From positions 68,825 to 132,824 of the IMG/VR virus record IMGVR_UViG_3300047557_003310: a stretch of 64,000 nt of DNA; one strand, written 5' to 3'. Positions 18,354 through 28,422 of this stretch are shown piece by piece. Numbering within the stretch: position 1 is the first letter of the stretch; each line of letters starts with the position of its first letter. This DNA is from a virus. A program made the translations under genes and the position numbers. The notes under the pieces were generated by a model. It had not been told where the DNA came from. It worked only from the letters and a program-made list of their open reading frames with translations, and searched no databases.

Positions 18354-18560
18354 ATGAAAAAAGAACACGAATGCTGGAATTTTGTAATGTCATCATTTGC
18401 TAGGTTGTATGGGGTTAAGAAAGTTATAAGTGAAGAAAAGTTTCATGAGATTGCACTTCAGTGGTGTGATGATCATGATTATGTTTGCGATATTCACTTG
18501 GATAGTTTGGCTAAAGTTGATACATACTTCAGGAAAATTTACGAGGATTGGGAAAAATGA
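18354..18560 (+). CDS. Hypothetical protein
   Basis: 68-aa ORF, stop overlaps gnd start (ATGA). Confidence 0.6.
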   Translation: MKKEHECWNFVMSSFARLYGVKKVISEEKFHEIALQWCDDHDYVCDIHLDSLAKVDTYFRKIYEDWEK

Positions 18561-19579
18561 GAGTAGGATTGATTGGACTGGGACGAATGGGCGAAGGAAT
18601 GTCTCGTCGTATGATGAAAGCAGGAATAGAAGTTTGGGGGTATCGTAGAAACTATGAAAAAGCAAACAAAGCGTATGAAAACGGATATGTTAATGGTATT
18701 ACAACTTCTATACAAAGCCTTGTTCAAGTAGTTAAAGGAAATAATAAACCAGGCATTTTTCAAATGGTTGTGCCGGCAGAAACAGTAGAGGAAACGATTA
18801 ATGAGTTACTACGATATTGTAGTGAAGGAGATATTATTATTGATCATGGCAATAGCAATTTTAAAGACAGTCGGAAGAGAGCAGAACGTCTGGCAAAAGT
18901 TGGTATCGAATATATTGATTGTGGCACTAGCGGTGGTGTTTATGGTTTGGATCGTGGATACTGTCTTATGGTTGGAGGTGGAAATACTGCAGTCGCCACT
19001 TGTGCGAGCATTTTTGATGCCCTCGCTCCAGGAATCAATGCTGCCCCAAGGACTCAATTTAACTCGGATGTAACATCTGCAGAGTTTGGTTGGTTACATT
19101 GTGGGGGTCCAGGTGCAGGACATTTTGTAAAGATGGTGCATAATGGTATTGAGTATGGCATTATGCAAGCATATGCAGAAGGATTTAACATCATCAAGAA
19201 CGCTAATGCAGGTGCTCAGTATGTCAGAGAAGGAGATGCAGAGGTTGCCCCTATGGCAGATCCAGAAAGTTACTGCTATGATATTGACGTTGCTGAGGTT
19301 GCTGAGTTATGGCGTCGCGGTAGCGTGGTTGGGTCTTGGTTACTTGACCTTACTGCTGATGTGCTACGCAGGGATGGTAGCCTTAAACAGTTCTCTGGAG
19401 GTGTATCCGACAGCGGTGAGGGTCGTTGGACTGTTTCTGCCGCTGTGGACTTGGGGGTTCCCGCTCCTGTCATTACTACTGCACTATTTGAAAGATTTAA
19501 CTCACGCAATCTCGGATCGTTCGGAGCAAAGATTCTAAATGGTATGAGATATATGTTTGGCGGTCATCATGTAAGATAA
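18557..19579 (+). CDS. gnd: 6-phosphogluconate dehydrogenase (decarboxylating)
   Basis: GLIGLGRMG, IDHGNS, DCGTSGG, GHFVKMVHNGIEYG, DSGEGRW, MRYMFGGH. Confidence 0.95.
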   Translation: MRVGLIGLGRMGEGMSRRMMKAGIEVWGYRRNYEKANKAYENGYVNGITTSIQSLVQVVKGNNKPGIFQMVVPAETVEETINELLRYCSEGDIIIDHGNSNFKDSRKRAERLAKVGIEYIDCGTSGGVYGLDRGYCLMVGGGNTAVATCASIFDALAPGINAAPRTQFNSDVTSAEFGWLHCGGPGAGHFVKMVHNGIEYGIMQAYAEGFNIIKNANAGAQYVREGDAEVAPMADPESYCYDIDVAEVAELWRRGSVVGSWLLDLTADVLRRDGSLKQFSGGVSDSGEGRWTVSAAVDLGVPAPVITTALFERFNSRNLGSFGAKILNGMRYMFGGHHVR

Positions 19580-19710
19580 ACATAGGAATTAATAAAATGT
19601 TTCATTTAGTGGAAACTCTTGCGGCAAGCCCATTTTTTCTTTTTCTTTGTGGGATGGGGTTGACAGTCGTTCCTTTTGCCGGTATAATGTACATACATAA
19701 TAAGAAATAA

Positions 19711-19785
19711 CGGGATGTAGCTCAGCTTGGATAGAGTGTCGCTTTTGGGAAGCGAAAGTCGCAGATTCGAATTCTGTCATCCCGA
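19711..19785 (+). tRNA. tRNA-Pro(TGG)
   Basis: CGGGATG/CATCCCG acceptor, TCGCT-TTTGGGA-AGCGA; TTGACA-N17-TATAAT promoter upstream. Confidence 0.92.
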
Positions 19786-19809
19786 CTCATATAACCTCAC
19801 TTCATAAAA

Positions 19810-20028
19810 ATGAAAGAACTAGATCAATTACAATCATATACTGTGCAGCAATTCCAAGATGAATTTGATACTCTTATGGAGAGAGTAGAAAATGGTGAAT
19901 CTTTTATTATAAAAGATGGTAAAAACAGTGCCGTCATAGTTCCATATAATGAAACTATACTAATGTCTGTAGACTCAATTCATGATGATATTGTAAAAAT
20001 TCACACAGACCATGAAGAAGCAAGTTGA
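19810..20028 (+). CDS. Phd/YefM antitoxin-like small protein
   Basis: YTVQQFQDEFDTLMERVENGESFIIKDGKNSAVIVP fits the Phd/YefM pattern. Confidence 0.5.
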   Translation: MKELDQLQSYTVQQFQDEFDTLMERVENGESFIIKDGKNSAVIVPYNETILMSVDSIHDDIVKIHTDHEEAS

Positions 20029-20073
20029 AATGACTTGACAAACAAAACCTGATATGCTATATTAGGTTATATT

Positions 20074-20147
20074 GGGAGCGTAGCTCAACTGGTCAGAGCA
20101 CAGACCTTATAAGTCTGGGGTTCTGGGTTCAAGCCCCAGCGTTCCCA
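20074..20147 (+). tRNA. tRNA-Ile(TAT)
   Basis: CAGAC-CTTATAA-GTCTG anticodon arm, GGGAGCG/CGTTCCC acceptor, discriminator A. Confidence 0.9.
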
Positions 20148-20208
20148 TAGACAGTAAAAGCTGTCTTTCATTCACAATCAATTATAGTTACTAGATCAAT
20201 CAACTCAA

Positions 20209-20424
20209 ATGTCAATTACAGAAAAATTTAAAAAAGACATGCAAGCCATTCGTGGTGCAGCAAAAGGTGACTTTTATCTAGATGTAAAAAACCCTAAACT
20301 TTACAAAAAACTTTTTAAATTTTATGAAAATCAAGGCATTGTTTTTTCCGGTGATCCATTAGATGATTATGAAATTCTAATGGAATATGTTGCACAAGAT
20401 CTGGAAACTGTGGAAGCAGCTTAA
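20209..20424 (+). CDS. Conserved cyanophage hypothetical protein
   Basis: LDVKNPKLYKK...FSGDPLDDYE. Confidence 0.65.
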   Translation: MSITEKFKKDMQAIRGAAKGDFYLDVKNPKLYKKLFKFYENQGIVFSGDPLDDYEILMEYVAQDLETVEAA

Positions 20425-20489
20425 GTCACGGAGAGACTTTAAAAGTACTGGTCGGAGCATAGTCACGGAGAGACTTTAAAAGTACTGGT
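20424..20489 (+). repeat. Two identical 29-nt direct repeats (period 37)
   Basis: AGTCACGGAGAGACTTTAAAAGTACTGGT at 20424-20452 and 20461-20489. Confidence 0.95.
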
Positions 20490-20542
20490 GGAGTCAATTA
20501 TGACCCTATTGTCACACACAAACACACATATGGAGATTAATT

Positions 20543-20755
20543 ATGTCCAAAACACCTTACGAACTTCGTTTTGAAATCTTTAAGCAAGCATATAAGATGC
20601 TTAATGATAATTTCTGTGTTGAATATGATTATGTGCGAGAATGGAATGACAATTCCATGAATACTGTCAAGATGGATCTTCCAGAATTTCCAACTCTAAA
20701 CCAAGTTCTTCAGCAAGCACAAGTGATTAATGACTTTGTTTCTGAAACGAAATAG
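20543..20755 (+). CDS. Hypothetical protein lying between structured RNA segments
   Basis: SD GGAG; MSKTPYELRFEIFKQA...AQVINDFVS. Confidence 0.75.
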   Translation: MSKTPYELRFEIFKQAYKMLNDNFCVEYDYVREWNDNSMNTVKMDLPEFPTLNQVLQQAQVINDFVSETK

Positions 20756-20850
20756 GTTTCTTGCCATTCCTTAAAAAGGCAAGTGGTGCGGATGGAGATT
20801 ACTCCCGCCTGGTTTCCAATTTCCAGTCAAAGAATTGGTGGCGTGCATGG
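20753..20850 (+). ncRNA. manA-like structured RNA (tandem pseudoknot units)
   Basis: Two GGTTTC..TTCC..AAA..GTGGYG units with CTTGCC/GGCAAG and CCAATT/AATTGG pairings around GCGG..GGAG/CTCC..CCGC; near tRNAs and upstream of a mannose-6-P isomerase-like gene, the described context of manA RNAs; family named from memory. Confidence 0.55.
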
Positions 20851-20905
20851 CAGACCTAAATTTATAAGAGGAGTTGTTTGCTCCTCTTTTTTTATATGAT
20901 TTTAT

Positions 20906-21244
20906 ATGGAAAGAATTAATCGCCCTTGGGGCTGGTATGAAAATATACAGGAAGATACTGGATATAAAGTTAAAAGACTTTATGTTCAGCCAAATAAAAA
21001 AATATCTTTGCAATATCACATCCAGCGAAATGAACACTGGATTGTAGTGTCTGGTGACGGTAAGTTTGAACTAAATGAAATAGTTAAAGATGTTTCAATA
21101 GGCGATTATATTTTTGTTCCAATGACAGCTAAACATCGTATAGTTGGGGGAAGTTGTGGTATAATGATAATTGAAATCCAACTAGGAAAAATTTGTGATG
21201 AAGAAGATATTGTTAGACTTGAAGATGAGTATGGGAGAATTTAA
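20906..21244 (+). CDS. Cupin, mannose-6-phosphate isomerase type II C-terminal-like
   Basis: RPWGWY, SLQYHIQRNEHWIVVSG, EIQLG, EEDIVRLEDEYGR. Confidence 0.85.
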   Translation: MERINRPWGWYENIQEDTGYKVKRLYVQPNKKISLQYHIQRNEHWIVVSGDGKFELNEIVKDVSIGDYIFVPMTAKHRIVGGSCGIMIIEIQLGKICDEEDIVRLEDEYGRI

Positions 21245-21247
21245 GTC

Positions 21248-22249
21248 ATGAAAACAGCATTAATAACAGGAATTACAGGACAAGATGGGTCGTATCTCGC
21301 AGAATTATTACTTGAAAGGGGGTATCAAGTTCATGGAATTATTAGACGTGCTTCTTTAATTAATACACATAGGATTGACCATATTTACGATCAAATTAAG
21401 CTTCATTATGGAGATCTTACAGATTCGACAAATCTTGTAAGAGTCATTCAACAAGTTCAACCTGATGAGATTTATAATTTAGGGGCACAGAGTCATGTAA
21501 AGGTATCTTTTGAGATGCCTGAATATACAGGACAGACTGACGCTTTAGGGACACTTCGCATTCTTGAGGCAGTTCGTCTTCTGGGTATGGAAAATAAAAC
21601 TAGAATTTATCAAGCATCCACTTCAGAGATGTTTGGTAAAGTTCAGGAGATTCCACAAAAAGAAACTACACCTTTTTATCCTCGTTCACCTTATGGAGTT
21701 GCAAAAGTTTATGGATACTGGATTGTCAAAAACTACCGAGAGTCTTATGGATTACACGCAAGTTCTGGAATTCTTTTCAATCATGAATCCCCTAGAAGAG
21801 GAGAAACTTTTGTCACACGAAAAATCACTAGAGGATTATCATCTATTTCAACTGGGCAGCAAGATATACTATATCTCGGCAATCTGAACGCAAAACGAGA
21901 CTGGGGACACGCTAAGGACTTTGTAGAGGCTATGTGGTTGATGCTCCAACAGGATGAACCAGATGATTATGTCATAGCTACTGGAGAGCAGTATTCGGTG
22001 CGTGAGTTTGTTGAGGAAGCAGCACCATACTTTGGTATGAATATTGTATGGGAAGGTGAAGGACTTAATGAAGTTGGTATTGATAAGAATACTAAAAGAG
22101 AGGTTGTGAGAGTGAGTCCTAAATATTTCCGACCTGCTGAAGTAGAGACCTTATTAGGTGATGCCACTAAGGCAAAGGAGAAACTAGGTTGGGAACCTAA
22201 AATTTCTTTTAAACAATTAGTTGAGGATATGTGTATTAATGGACAGTGA
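21248..22249 (+). CDS. gmd: GDP-mannose 4,6-dehydratase
   Basis: [46 protein letters not shown]. Confidence 0.96.
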   Translation: MKTALITGITGQDGSYLAELLLERGYQVHGIIRRASLINTHRIDHIYDQIKLHYGDLTDSTNLVRVIQQVQPDEIYNLGAQSHVKVSFEMPEYTGQTDALGTLRILEAVRLLGMENKTRIYQASTSEMFGKVQEIPQKETTPFYPRSPYGVAKVYGYWIVKNYRESYGLHASSGILFNHESPRRGETFVTRKITRGLSSISTGQQDILYLGNLNAKRDWGHAKDFVEAMWLMLQQDEPDDYVIATGEQYSVREFVEEAAPYFGMNIVWEGEGLNEVGIDKNTKREVVRVSPKYFRPAEVETLLGDATKAKEKLGWEPKISFKQLVEDMCINGQ

Positions 22250-23198
22250 TTCTAAAGTATTAGTTTGTGGCGCCAACGGAATGGTTGGTTCGGCAATCGT
22301 GAGAAATCTTGAAAGTAAAGGTTATACCAACATCATCAAAGGGACTCGTAAATCTGTAGATTTTACAGATGAACTAATAACTGATGAGTATATTCAATCT
22401 GTAGAACCTGAGTATGTGTTTGTTGCTGCTGCCAAAGTTGGCGGTATTATGGCAAATAGCAACTATAAGGCAGATTTTTTAACTGAGAATCTTCGTATTC
22501 AAACTAACATTATTGATTCTGCTTATCGTTGTGGTGTAAAAAAACTTCTCTTTTTAGGATCTTCTTGTATATATCCGAAGTTTGCGACTCAACCTATTAC
22601 TGAAGATCAGTTGATGTGTGGTCCTCTAGAACCAACTAATGATGCCTATGCAATTGCTAAGATTGCTGGTATTATGATGTGTCAAGCATATCGTCAGCAG
22701 CACGGGTTTAATGCTATCTCATTGATGCCTACGAATCTTTATGGACCAAATGATAACTTTGATTTGGAAACCTCTCACGTTCTTCCAGCAATGATTGCAA
22801 AGTTTCATCATGCTAAGAAGAATCAATATACTATTGACATGGGAGGTCCTTGGTATGGTTCGGTAAAACTTTGGGGTGATGGTTCTGCGATGCGTGAATT
22901 TTTACACGTTGATGATCTTGCAGAAGCTTGTTATGTTTGTATGCAAAAATATGATGAACCAGAACATGTTAATGTTGGAACTGGAGAAGATATAACAATT
23001 AAAGAACTTGCGGAAACTATTTCTAGAGTAGTTGGGTTTATGGGTGATATTGAATGGGATACGACAAAACCAAATGGAACTCCTAGAAAAGTTTTGAATA
23101 TTAATAAGATTAAATCTCTTGGTTGGGAACCAAAAATTTCTCTTAATGCGGGAATTAAAAAAACTTATGAATGGGGTTTAAAAAATGATAGGATTTAA
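22239..23198 (+). CDS. fcl: GDP-L-fucose synthase (WcaG/Fcl)
   Basis: [44 protein letters not shown]. Confidence 0.93.
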   Translation: MDSDSKVLVCGANGMVGSAIVRNLESKGYTNIIKGTRKSVDFTDELITDEYIQSVEPEYVFVAAAKVGGIMANSNYKADFLTENLRIQTNIIDSAYRCGVKKLLFLGSSCIYPKFATQPITEDQLMCGPLEPTNDAYAIAKIAGIMMCQAYRQQHGFNAISLMPTNLYGPNDNFDLETSHVLPAMIAKFHHAKKNQYTIDMGGPWYGSVKLWGDGSAMREFLHVDDLAEACYVCMQKYDEPEHVNVGTGEDITIKELAETISRVVGFMGDIEWDTTKPNGTPRKVLNINKIKSLGWEPKISLNAGIKKTYEWGLKNDRI

Positions 23199-23976
23199 TT
23201 ATCTTGGTAAGCAAGGTAGACTTGCCAATCAAATGTTTCAATATTCTGCTTTAAAAGGAATTGCCAGAAAACATGGATACACTTGGTGTATACCACCAAG
23301 TAACTTCAGTAATCCCTATTATGAACATCAATTATTTGAAATTTTTAATTTACCATCATTAACTAATATTTCGTATTTACCTCAAGATTTTCCTATAATA
23401 CAAGAAAGAGGATTTGAGTTTGATGAAAAACTATTTGAAACATGTCCAGATAATATTAATTTATATGGATATTTTCAAACAGAAAAATATTTTAAACATA
23501 TTGAAAATGAAATCCGAGAAGATTTTTCTTTCAAGGATGAAATAATCGATCCATGTAAAAAAATGATAGATGAACTTGGTGATTGTATATCGTTGCACGT
23601 AAGAAGAACGGATTATGTTTCTAACTGTATTGAACATCCTCCTTTAAGTTTAGATTACTATAGTCAAGCATTAAATTATTTTGATGAAAATGCTAGAGTA
23701 ATTATTTTTTCTGATGATGTTGATTGGTGTAAAGCTCAAGAAATTTTTAAATCAGACAGATTTTTAATATCAGAATCTAAAAATAATGCGATAGATTTAT
23801 GTTTGATGACATTATGTAATGGTCATATTATTGCTAATTCTTCGTATTCTTGGTGGGGATGTTGGTTATCTAACTCTATCGTAAAAATTGCCCCAACTAA
23901 ATGGTTTGGTACAACTGGAGATACAGCAAAAAACAATACGAAAGATCTTATTCCAAGTGATTGGATTGTAATTTAG
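23185..23976 (+). CDS. Alpha-1,2-fucosyltransferase-like (GT11)
   Basis: GRLANQMFQY, GYFQTEKYF, LHVRRTDY, IIANSSYSWW. Confidence 0.85.
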   Translation: MIGFNYLGKQGRLANQMFQYSALKGIARKHGYTWCIPPSNFSNPYYEHQLFEIFNLPSLTNISYLPQDFPIIQERGFEFDEKLFETCPDNINLYGYFQTEKYFKHIENEIREDFSFKDEIIDPCKKMIDELGDCISLHVRRTDYVSNCIEHPPLSLDYYSQALNYFDENARVIIFSDDVDWCKAQEIFKSDRFLISESKNNAIDLCLMTLCNGHIIANSSYSWWGCWLSNSIVKIAPTKWFGTTGDTAKNNTKDLIPSDWIVI

Positions 23977-23986
23977 GAGAATAAAC

Positions 23987-25573
23987 ATGAGTTGGAATTT
24001 AATTACTTTTTCATATGGGTCGAAACAATACTATGAAGCACAATTATTTTTATCCTCTTTTTTGGAAAAACATAACGTAAACTCGTATAATTATGATGAG
24101 TCTTATTTGAAAAATACTAAATTTTATGAGGATAATAAAAATTATTTACGTAGAGAAAATAAGTATGGGTGGTGTGCTTGGAAACCATTTCTTATCATTG
24201 AAACAATGAAAAAATTGAAAGAAGGTGATAAAATAGTACTTTGTGATGTAGATGATATTATTCATCCATATACATTTTCTTATGTAGATGAAATCATGGG
24301 AGATGACCCTTCATTGTTTGTGTTGGGTGGATCCAATCAAAAAATGCAAACGAAAAGAGATTGTTTCGTTTTTATGGATTGTGACGAAGAAGATTACTGG
24401 GATTCAGTGCAATTAGAGGCAGGAATTACATTTTGGAGAGTGTGCGAAGAATCTAAACAAATTCTTTCCGAATGGTTAAATTATTGTTTAGATGAAAGAA
24501 TTAATGGGGAAGACTCTAATTTTTCTGGAAAAGAAAATTTTAAAGAATTTACTGGATGGTCTGGTAAGGATCAAAGCATTTTAACTAACATAGCGATTAA
24601 GTATGGTCTATCCGTGGATGATGGCACAATTAGAAATTATATTGAATGTAATGCTGGAGCTTGGTATGATCGATACTTGGATTCTAAGGCTCCAATTTGT
24701 AGAGAAATTGATGTGTTACTTTTAGAATTAATTGATATATGTCCTTACATCAATAGAACTTTCCATAGCATTGTTCTTACCGTACATAACAAAGAATTTT
24801 TACTTGATAAAGTATTAAATGGGATACAGAAAAATACTATAGGTGAATATGAATTAATTATTGTCCTTGATGGTTGTATTGATAGATCTTGTGAGATTGT
24901 TGAAAAATTTGTTAACGAATACAAATCTATTCCTATTAAAGTATTAGAAACTCCAGACATTTATGAAACAAAAGCAAATAATGTTGGAATCAAAGAAGCA
25001 AATGGCGAATATGTAATCATTGTTCAAGATGACATGGTAATCGATGAAATTGGTTGGAATAGGAGACTAGAGAAGCCATTCAATTGTTTTGATGATGTTT
25101 TTGCCGTAACTGCTAGGACTTCCCATAACTGGATATATAATAAAGATTCAAAACATATTGGAATGAGTGAAGATCTTGATGATTGCTATTGTGACATATT
25201 AATACATTGCGATCATGCAGATAAAACTAATGTACCAAGAGATACTTTTGCTGTCAGGGGTTCTGTAAATAGAGGACCATTAATGATAAAACTAGATGAT
25301 CTTAAAACTCTAAATTATCTTGATGAGGAATATGCTCCTCTTGATATGGATGACCATGATCTTATGTTTAGAGCAAGAAAAGAACTTAATAAAGTTTGTG
25401 GATGTTATTGGATCAATTATCAATCTGAAAATGAATGGGGTGGAACCAGAATTAATGGATCTCCTGCTCCTTGGTACTTAAAATCTCAACATAAAAATGT
25501 TAAAATATTTTATGATAGATATAAAGACTTTTTAGATGCTTATCGAATCATAGAAAATAGGAAAGTTAGTTAA
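23987..25573 (+). CDS. Two-domain glycosyltransferase (C-terminal GT2)
   Basis: WKPFLI..D.D..DQSIL N-domain; IVLDGC.D, VQDD, DDHD C-domain. Confidence 0.7.
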   Translation: MSWNLITFSYGSKQYYEAQLFLSSFLEKHNVNSYNYDESYLKNTKFYEDNKNYLRRENKYGWCAWKPFLIIETMKKLKEGDKIVLCDVDDIIHPYTFSYVDEIMGDDPSLFVLGGSNQKMQTKRDCFVFMDCDEEDYWDSVQLEAGITFWRVCEESKQILSEWLNYCLDERINGEDSNFSGKENFKEFTGWSGKDQSILTNIAIKYGLSVDDGTIRNYIECNAGAWYDRYLDSKAPICREIDVLLLELIDICPYINRTFHSIVLTVHNKEFLLDKVLNGIQKNTIGEYELIIVLDGCIDRSCEIVEKFVNEYKSIPIKVLETPDIYETKANNVGIKEANGEYVIIVQDDMVIDEIGWNRRLEKPFNCFDDVFAVTARTSHNWIYNKDSKHIGMSEDLDDCYCDILIHCDHADKTNVPRDTFAVRGSVNRGPLMIKLDDLKTLNYLDEEYAPLDMDDHDLMFRARKELNKVCGCYWINYQSENEWGGTRINGSPAPWYLKSQHKNVKIFYDRYKDFLDAYRIIENRKVS

Positions 25574-26386
25574 ATGAGTAAACATAGAAGTTATTATTTA
25601 AATTTTATTAAAAATATATTTTCTCAAAATGGAGAAGATGGAATCATTGAAAAATTATTTGATGATTTAAAAATAAATGGAGGAGTATTATGTGAATTTG
25701 GCGCTTGGGATGGAATTTACTTGAGCAATATTGCAAATCTTTATTTAAAAAATAAAAATTATGATTCTATTTTGATTGAATCGGATTCATCCCGTGCAAA
25801 AGAATGCTTAGAATTATTATTAAATTACGACAATGTAGAAGTTTATAATATTTTAATTTCTTCTGATGTCAACAGTGAACATTCTATTGATAATATTTTA
25901 AGTAAATCATCTTTTGACTTGAGTGATGATAATTTTTCTTTAATTTCTATTGATGTCGATAGTTGTGATTACTATATTTTTGACTCTCTAAAAAAATACA
26001 ATCCAAAAGTAGTTGTTATTGAAACGGCGAATCAAAGTTTATATTATGGTTATAATTATGAATTAATAAGTTATGATTCTGGGTGTTCTCTGAAAAGTGC
26101 AGTGAATCTTGCTGAGGAAAAAGGATATACCCTTGTTGCACACACTGGTAATGCATTTTTTGTTAGAAATGATTTACTTGACAGATTGCCAAAAAATGAT
26201 TATAGTATAAAAAACTTATACGTTGATATTTCGGAAATTATATCCTATTGTGCTGCATCTAAATCTGATGGCACCATAGGAAAATATAATATTTCTAATG
26301 GTGATGTATATTTTACTTCTTCTGAGTATTCTGAATTTATTGACAGTGTAAAAAGTAAACTTCTAAGTGGGGGGAAATTATTATGA
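25574..26386 (+). CDS. FkbM-like SAM methyltransferase
   Basis: SQNGEDGII, EFGAWDG, ISIDVDS.D. Confidence 0.7.
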   Translation: MSKHRSYYLNFIKNIFSQNGEDGIIEKLFDDLKINGGVLCEFGAWDGIYLSNIANLYLKNKNYDSILIESDSSRAKECLELLLNYDNVEVYNILISSDVNSEHSIDNILSKSSFDLSDDNFSLISIDVDSCDYYIFDSLKKYNPKVVVIETANQSLYYGYNYELISYDSGCSLKSAVNLAEEKGYTLVAHTGNAFFVRNDLLDRLPKNDYSIKNLYVDISEIISYCAASKSDGTIGKYNISNGDVYFTSSEYSEFIDSVKSKLLSGGKLL

Positions 26387-26991
26387 AAATTTCTAGAGAA
26401 AGATGGGAAAAGGCTCAAATTGCCGAATATGCGGAATTAAATGAAACTACAGATCCCGGTGAAAGTGCTTACGAATATGCTGTAAGATCTACATTTGAAC
26501 TTTTAGGTGCTGACCTAGGTAATGATTTTGTGGATAAAGTATTAGTTGAAATTGGAACTGGATTTTATCCTGCTCTTCTTTGGGCTAAAAACTTCAAAAG
26601 AGGTATCGCAATTGATCCACTTTTTGATAAGTGGCCTAAGCAGTATAGTGATAGGTGTTTGAATGCAGGATTAGAAATGATTTCTCATCCTTATGAAGAT
26701 CTACAAATTGAAGAAGAAGTTGATGAAACATGGTTCTTTAATGTTCTTCAACATGTAATAGATCCAGAAGAACAATTAAAGAAAGCTATGCAAACTTCTA
26801 AAGTTGTTAGAATTTTTGAACCAATAGGCTGGGGAAATGGTATTCCACTAACTATTAATGAGGCGCATCCTCACATTATTTCAAAAGAAACTATTACTAA
26901 TGTAATGGGAGATTTTGGATTTATATATCAACCAAATCAAGTTGATAGATTTCATCAAGCTGAATGTTACTACGGAACTTGGAAAAAATGA
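26383..26991 (+). CDS. SAM-dependent methyltransferase-like protein (paralog 1)
   Basis: VEIGTG, IDPL, FNVLQHVIDP. Confidence 0.65.
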   Translation: MKISRERWEKAQIAEYAELNETTDPGESAYEYAVRSTFELLGADLGNDFVDKVLVEIGTGFYPALLWAKNFKRGIAIDPLFDKWPKQYSDRCLNAGLEMISHPYEDLQIEEEVDETWFFNVLQHVIDPEEQLKKAMQTSKVVRIFEPIGWGNGIPLTINEAHPHIISKETITNVMGDFGFIYQPNQVDRFHQAECYYGTWKK

Positions 26992-27581
26992 CTATTGCAA
27001 TTACAAAAGAACGTTGGAATCAAGCTCAAGAAGAAGAATTGAGACTTTCCTCTATTGATATTAATCCTAGGTACTATGAAAAAATGTATTTTACCATGGC
27101 AAAATTAATGAATATAAACTTTGCCATGGATTTTGTTGATAAATCAATTATTGAGATTGGTCCTGGTCCTTTAGGTGTAACTCTCCTGACTGAAAATTTT
27201 TCTAGTGCTATGATTGTGGAACCATTAATCTATAGGTGGGGTCAGGAATATGTTGACTATTATAATGAAAAAAATATTAAAATTGAAACGACGCCGTATG
27301 AAGATTTAGAAATTGAAGAAGAAGTTGATGAAACATGGTTCTTTAATGTTCTTCAACATGTAATCGATCCAGAAGAACAATTGAAGAAAGCAAAAAGAAC
27401 TTCTAAAGTTGTTAGAATTTTTGAACCAATTAACTACCCTGTTGAACTTGCTCACCCACATCTTTTAACACAGGAACTTTTTACTAATATTTTTGGCAAA
27501 GAATTTGGTACTCTTTACAAAGGGGGATCTATTATAGATTTTCATACTGCTGATTGTTATTATGGTACTTGGGTAAAATAA
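26988..27581 (+). CDS. SAM-dependent methyltransferase-like protein (paralog 2)
   Basis: IEIGPGP, VEPL, FNVLQHVIDP; ATGA overlap with paralog 1. Confidence 0.65.
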   Translation: MTIAITKERWNQAQEEELRLSSIDINPRYYEKMYFTMAKLMNINFAMDFVDKSIIEIGPGPLGVTLLTENFSSAMIVEPLIYRWGQEYVDYYNEKNIKIETTPYEDLEIEEEVDETWFFNVLQHVIDPEEQLKKAKRTSKVVRIFEPINYPVELAHPHLLTQELFTNIFGKEFGTLYKGGSIIDFHTADCYYGTWVK

Positions 27582-27593
27582 TTTTTTTTTAAA

Positions 27594-28421
27594 ATGAAAT
27601 ACGATTTATCGAATACTACTTTTATAATTCCATTGAGAATTGAATCTGACGATCGACTTAGAAATATAATTACAGTAGTTTGTTTTTTGTTAAACACATT
27701 TGATACTAATGTAATTATAAAGGAAGTTGACACTGAGTCTATATTTGAAAAGAGTGCTCTTCCTCAAATAAAAGAATTTTTTGGCGGCAATATTCAAGGA
27801 TTGAGTCATATTTTTGAAGAATCTGATGAAAAAGTTTTTTATAGAATGAGAATACTAAATCAAATGATTTCAATGTCCAAAACTGACATTGTAGTCAATT
27901 ATGATTGCGATGTATTATTGAAACCTGAAACTTACATTGAATCTTGTAGAATGATTGCAGAAGACAATTATGATGTAGTTTACCCCTATGGATTTGGTTC
28001 TTGGCAAAAGCAAATTTTTGCCGATGATGAATTAGTTTCTGAATTTCTTTCCAATGATTTTGATTTTTCTATTTTAGAGAAAAGACATATAGTGAATCTC
28101 TCTGAATATGGACATGTTCAATTTTTTAATAGGTCTTCGTATATTGAAGGTGGAATGGAAAATGAAAATTTTAAAGGGTCATCACCAGAAGACAAAGAAA
28201 GACATCATAGATTTACAACTCTTGAGTATAACGTAGGTAGATTGGACCATTGGATATATCATTTGGAGCATAGTAGAGGATCTAATTCTTGGCCGGTCTC
28301 CTATCAAACTAATCCACATATGCAAGAAAATATTGAATTGTGGGAGATGTTACAAAGATTAAATAAAAAGCAACTTGAATCATATTATAGTAATCAAAAA
28401 TACTTAAAAAAATATCAATAA
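27594..28421 (+). CDS. GT2/GT7-like glycosyltransferase
   Basis: FIIPLR..DRLRN, NYDCDV, GGMENENF...PED, YHLEH. Confidence 0.75.
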   Translation: MKYDLSNTTFIIPLRIESDDRLRNIITVVCFLLNTFDTNVIIKEVDTESIFEKSALPQIKEFFGGNIQGLSHIFEESDEKVFYRMRILNQMISMSKTDIVVNYDCDVLLKPETYIESCRMIAEDNYDVVYPYGFGSWQKQIFADDELVSEFLSNDFDFSILEKRHIVNLSEYGHVQFFNRSSYIEGGMENENFKGSSPEDKERHHRFTTLEYNVGRLDHWIYHLEHSRGSNSWPVSYQTNPHMQENIELWEMLQRLNKKQLESYYSNQKYLKKYQ

Positions 28422-28422
28422 A

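Noticed and set aside
20424-20489. 29-nt direct repeat as a mini-CRISPR array
   Set aside because: Only two copies with an 8-nt gap and no cas genes; better explained as a duplicated RNA module
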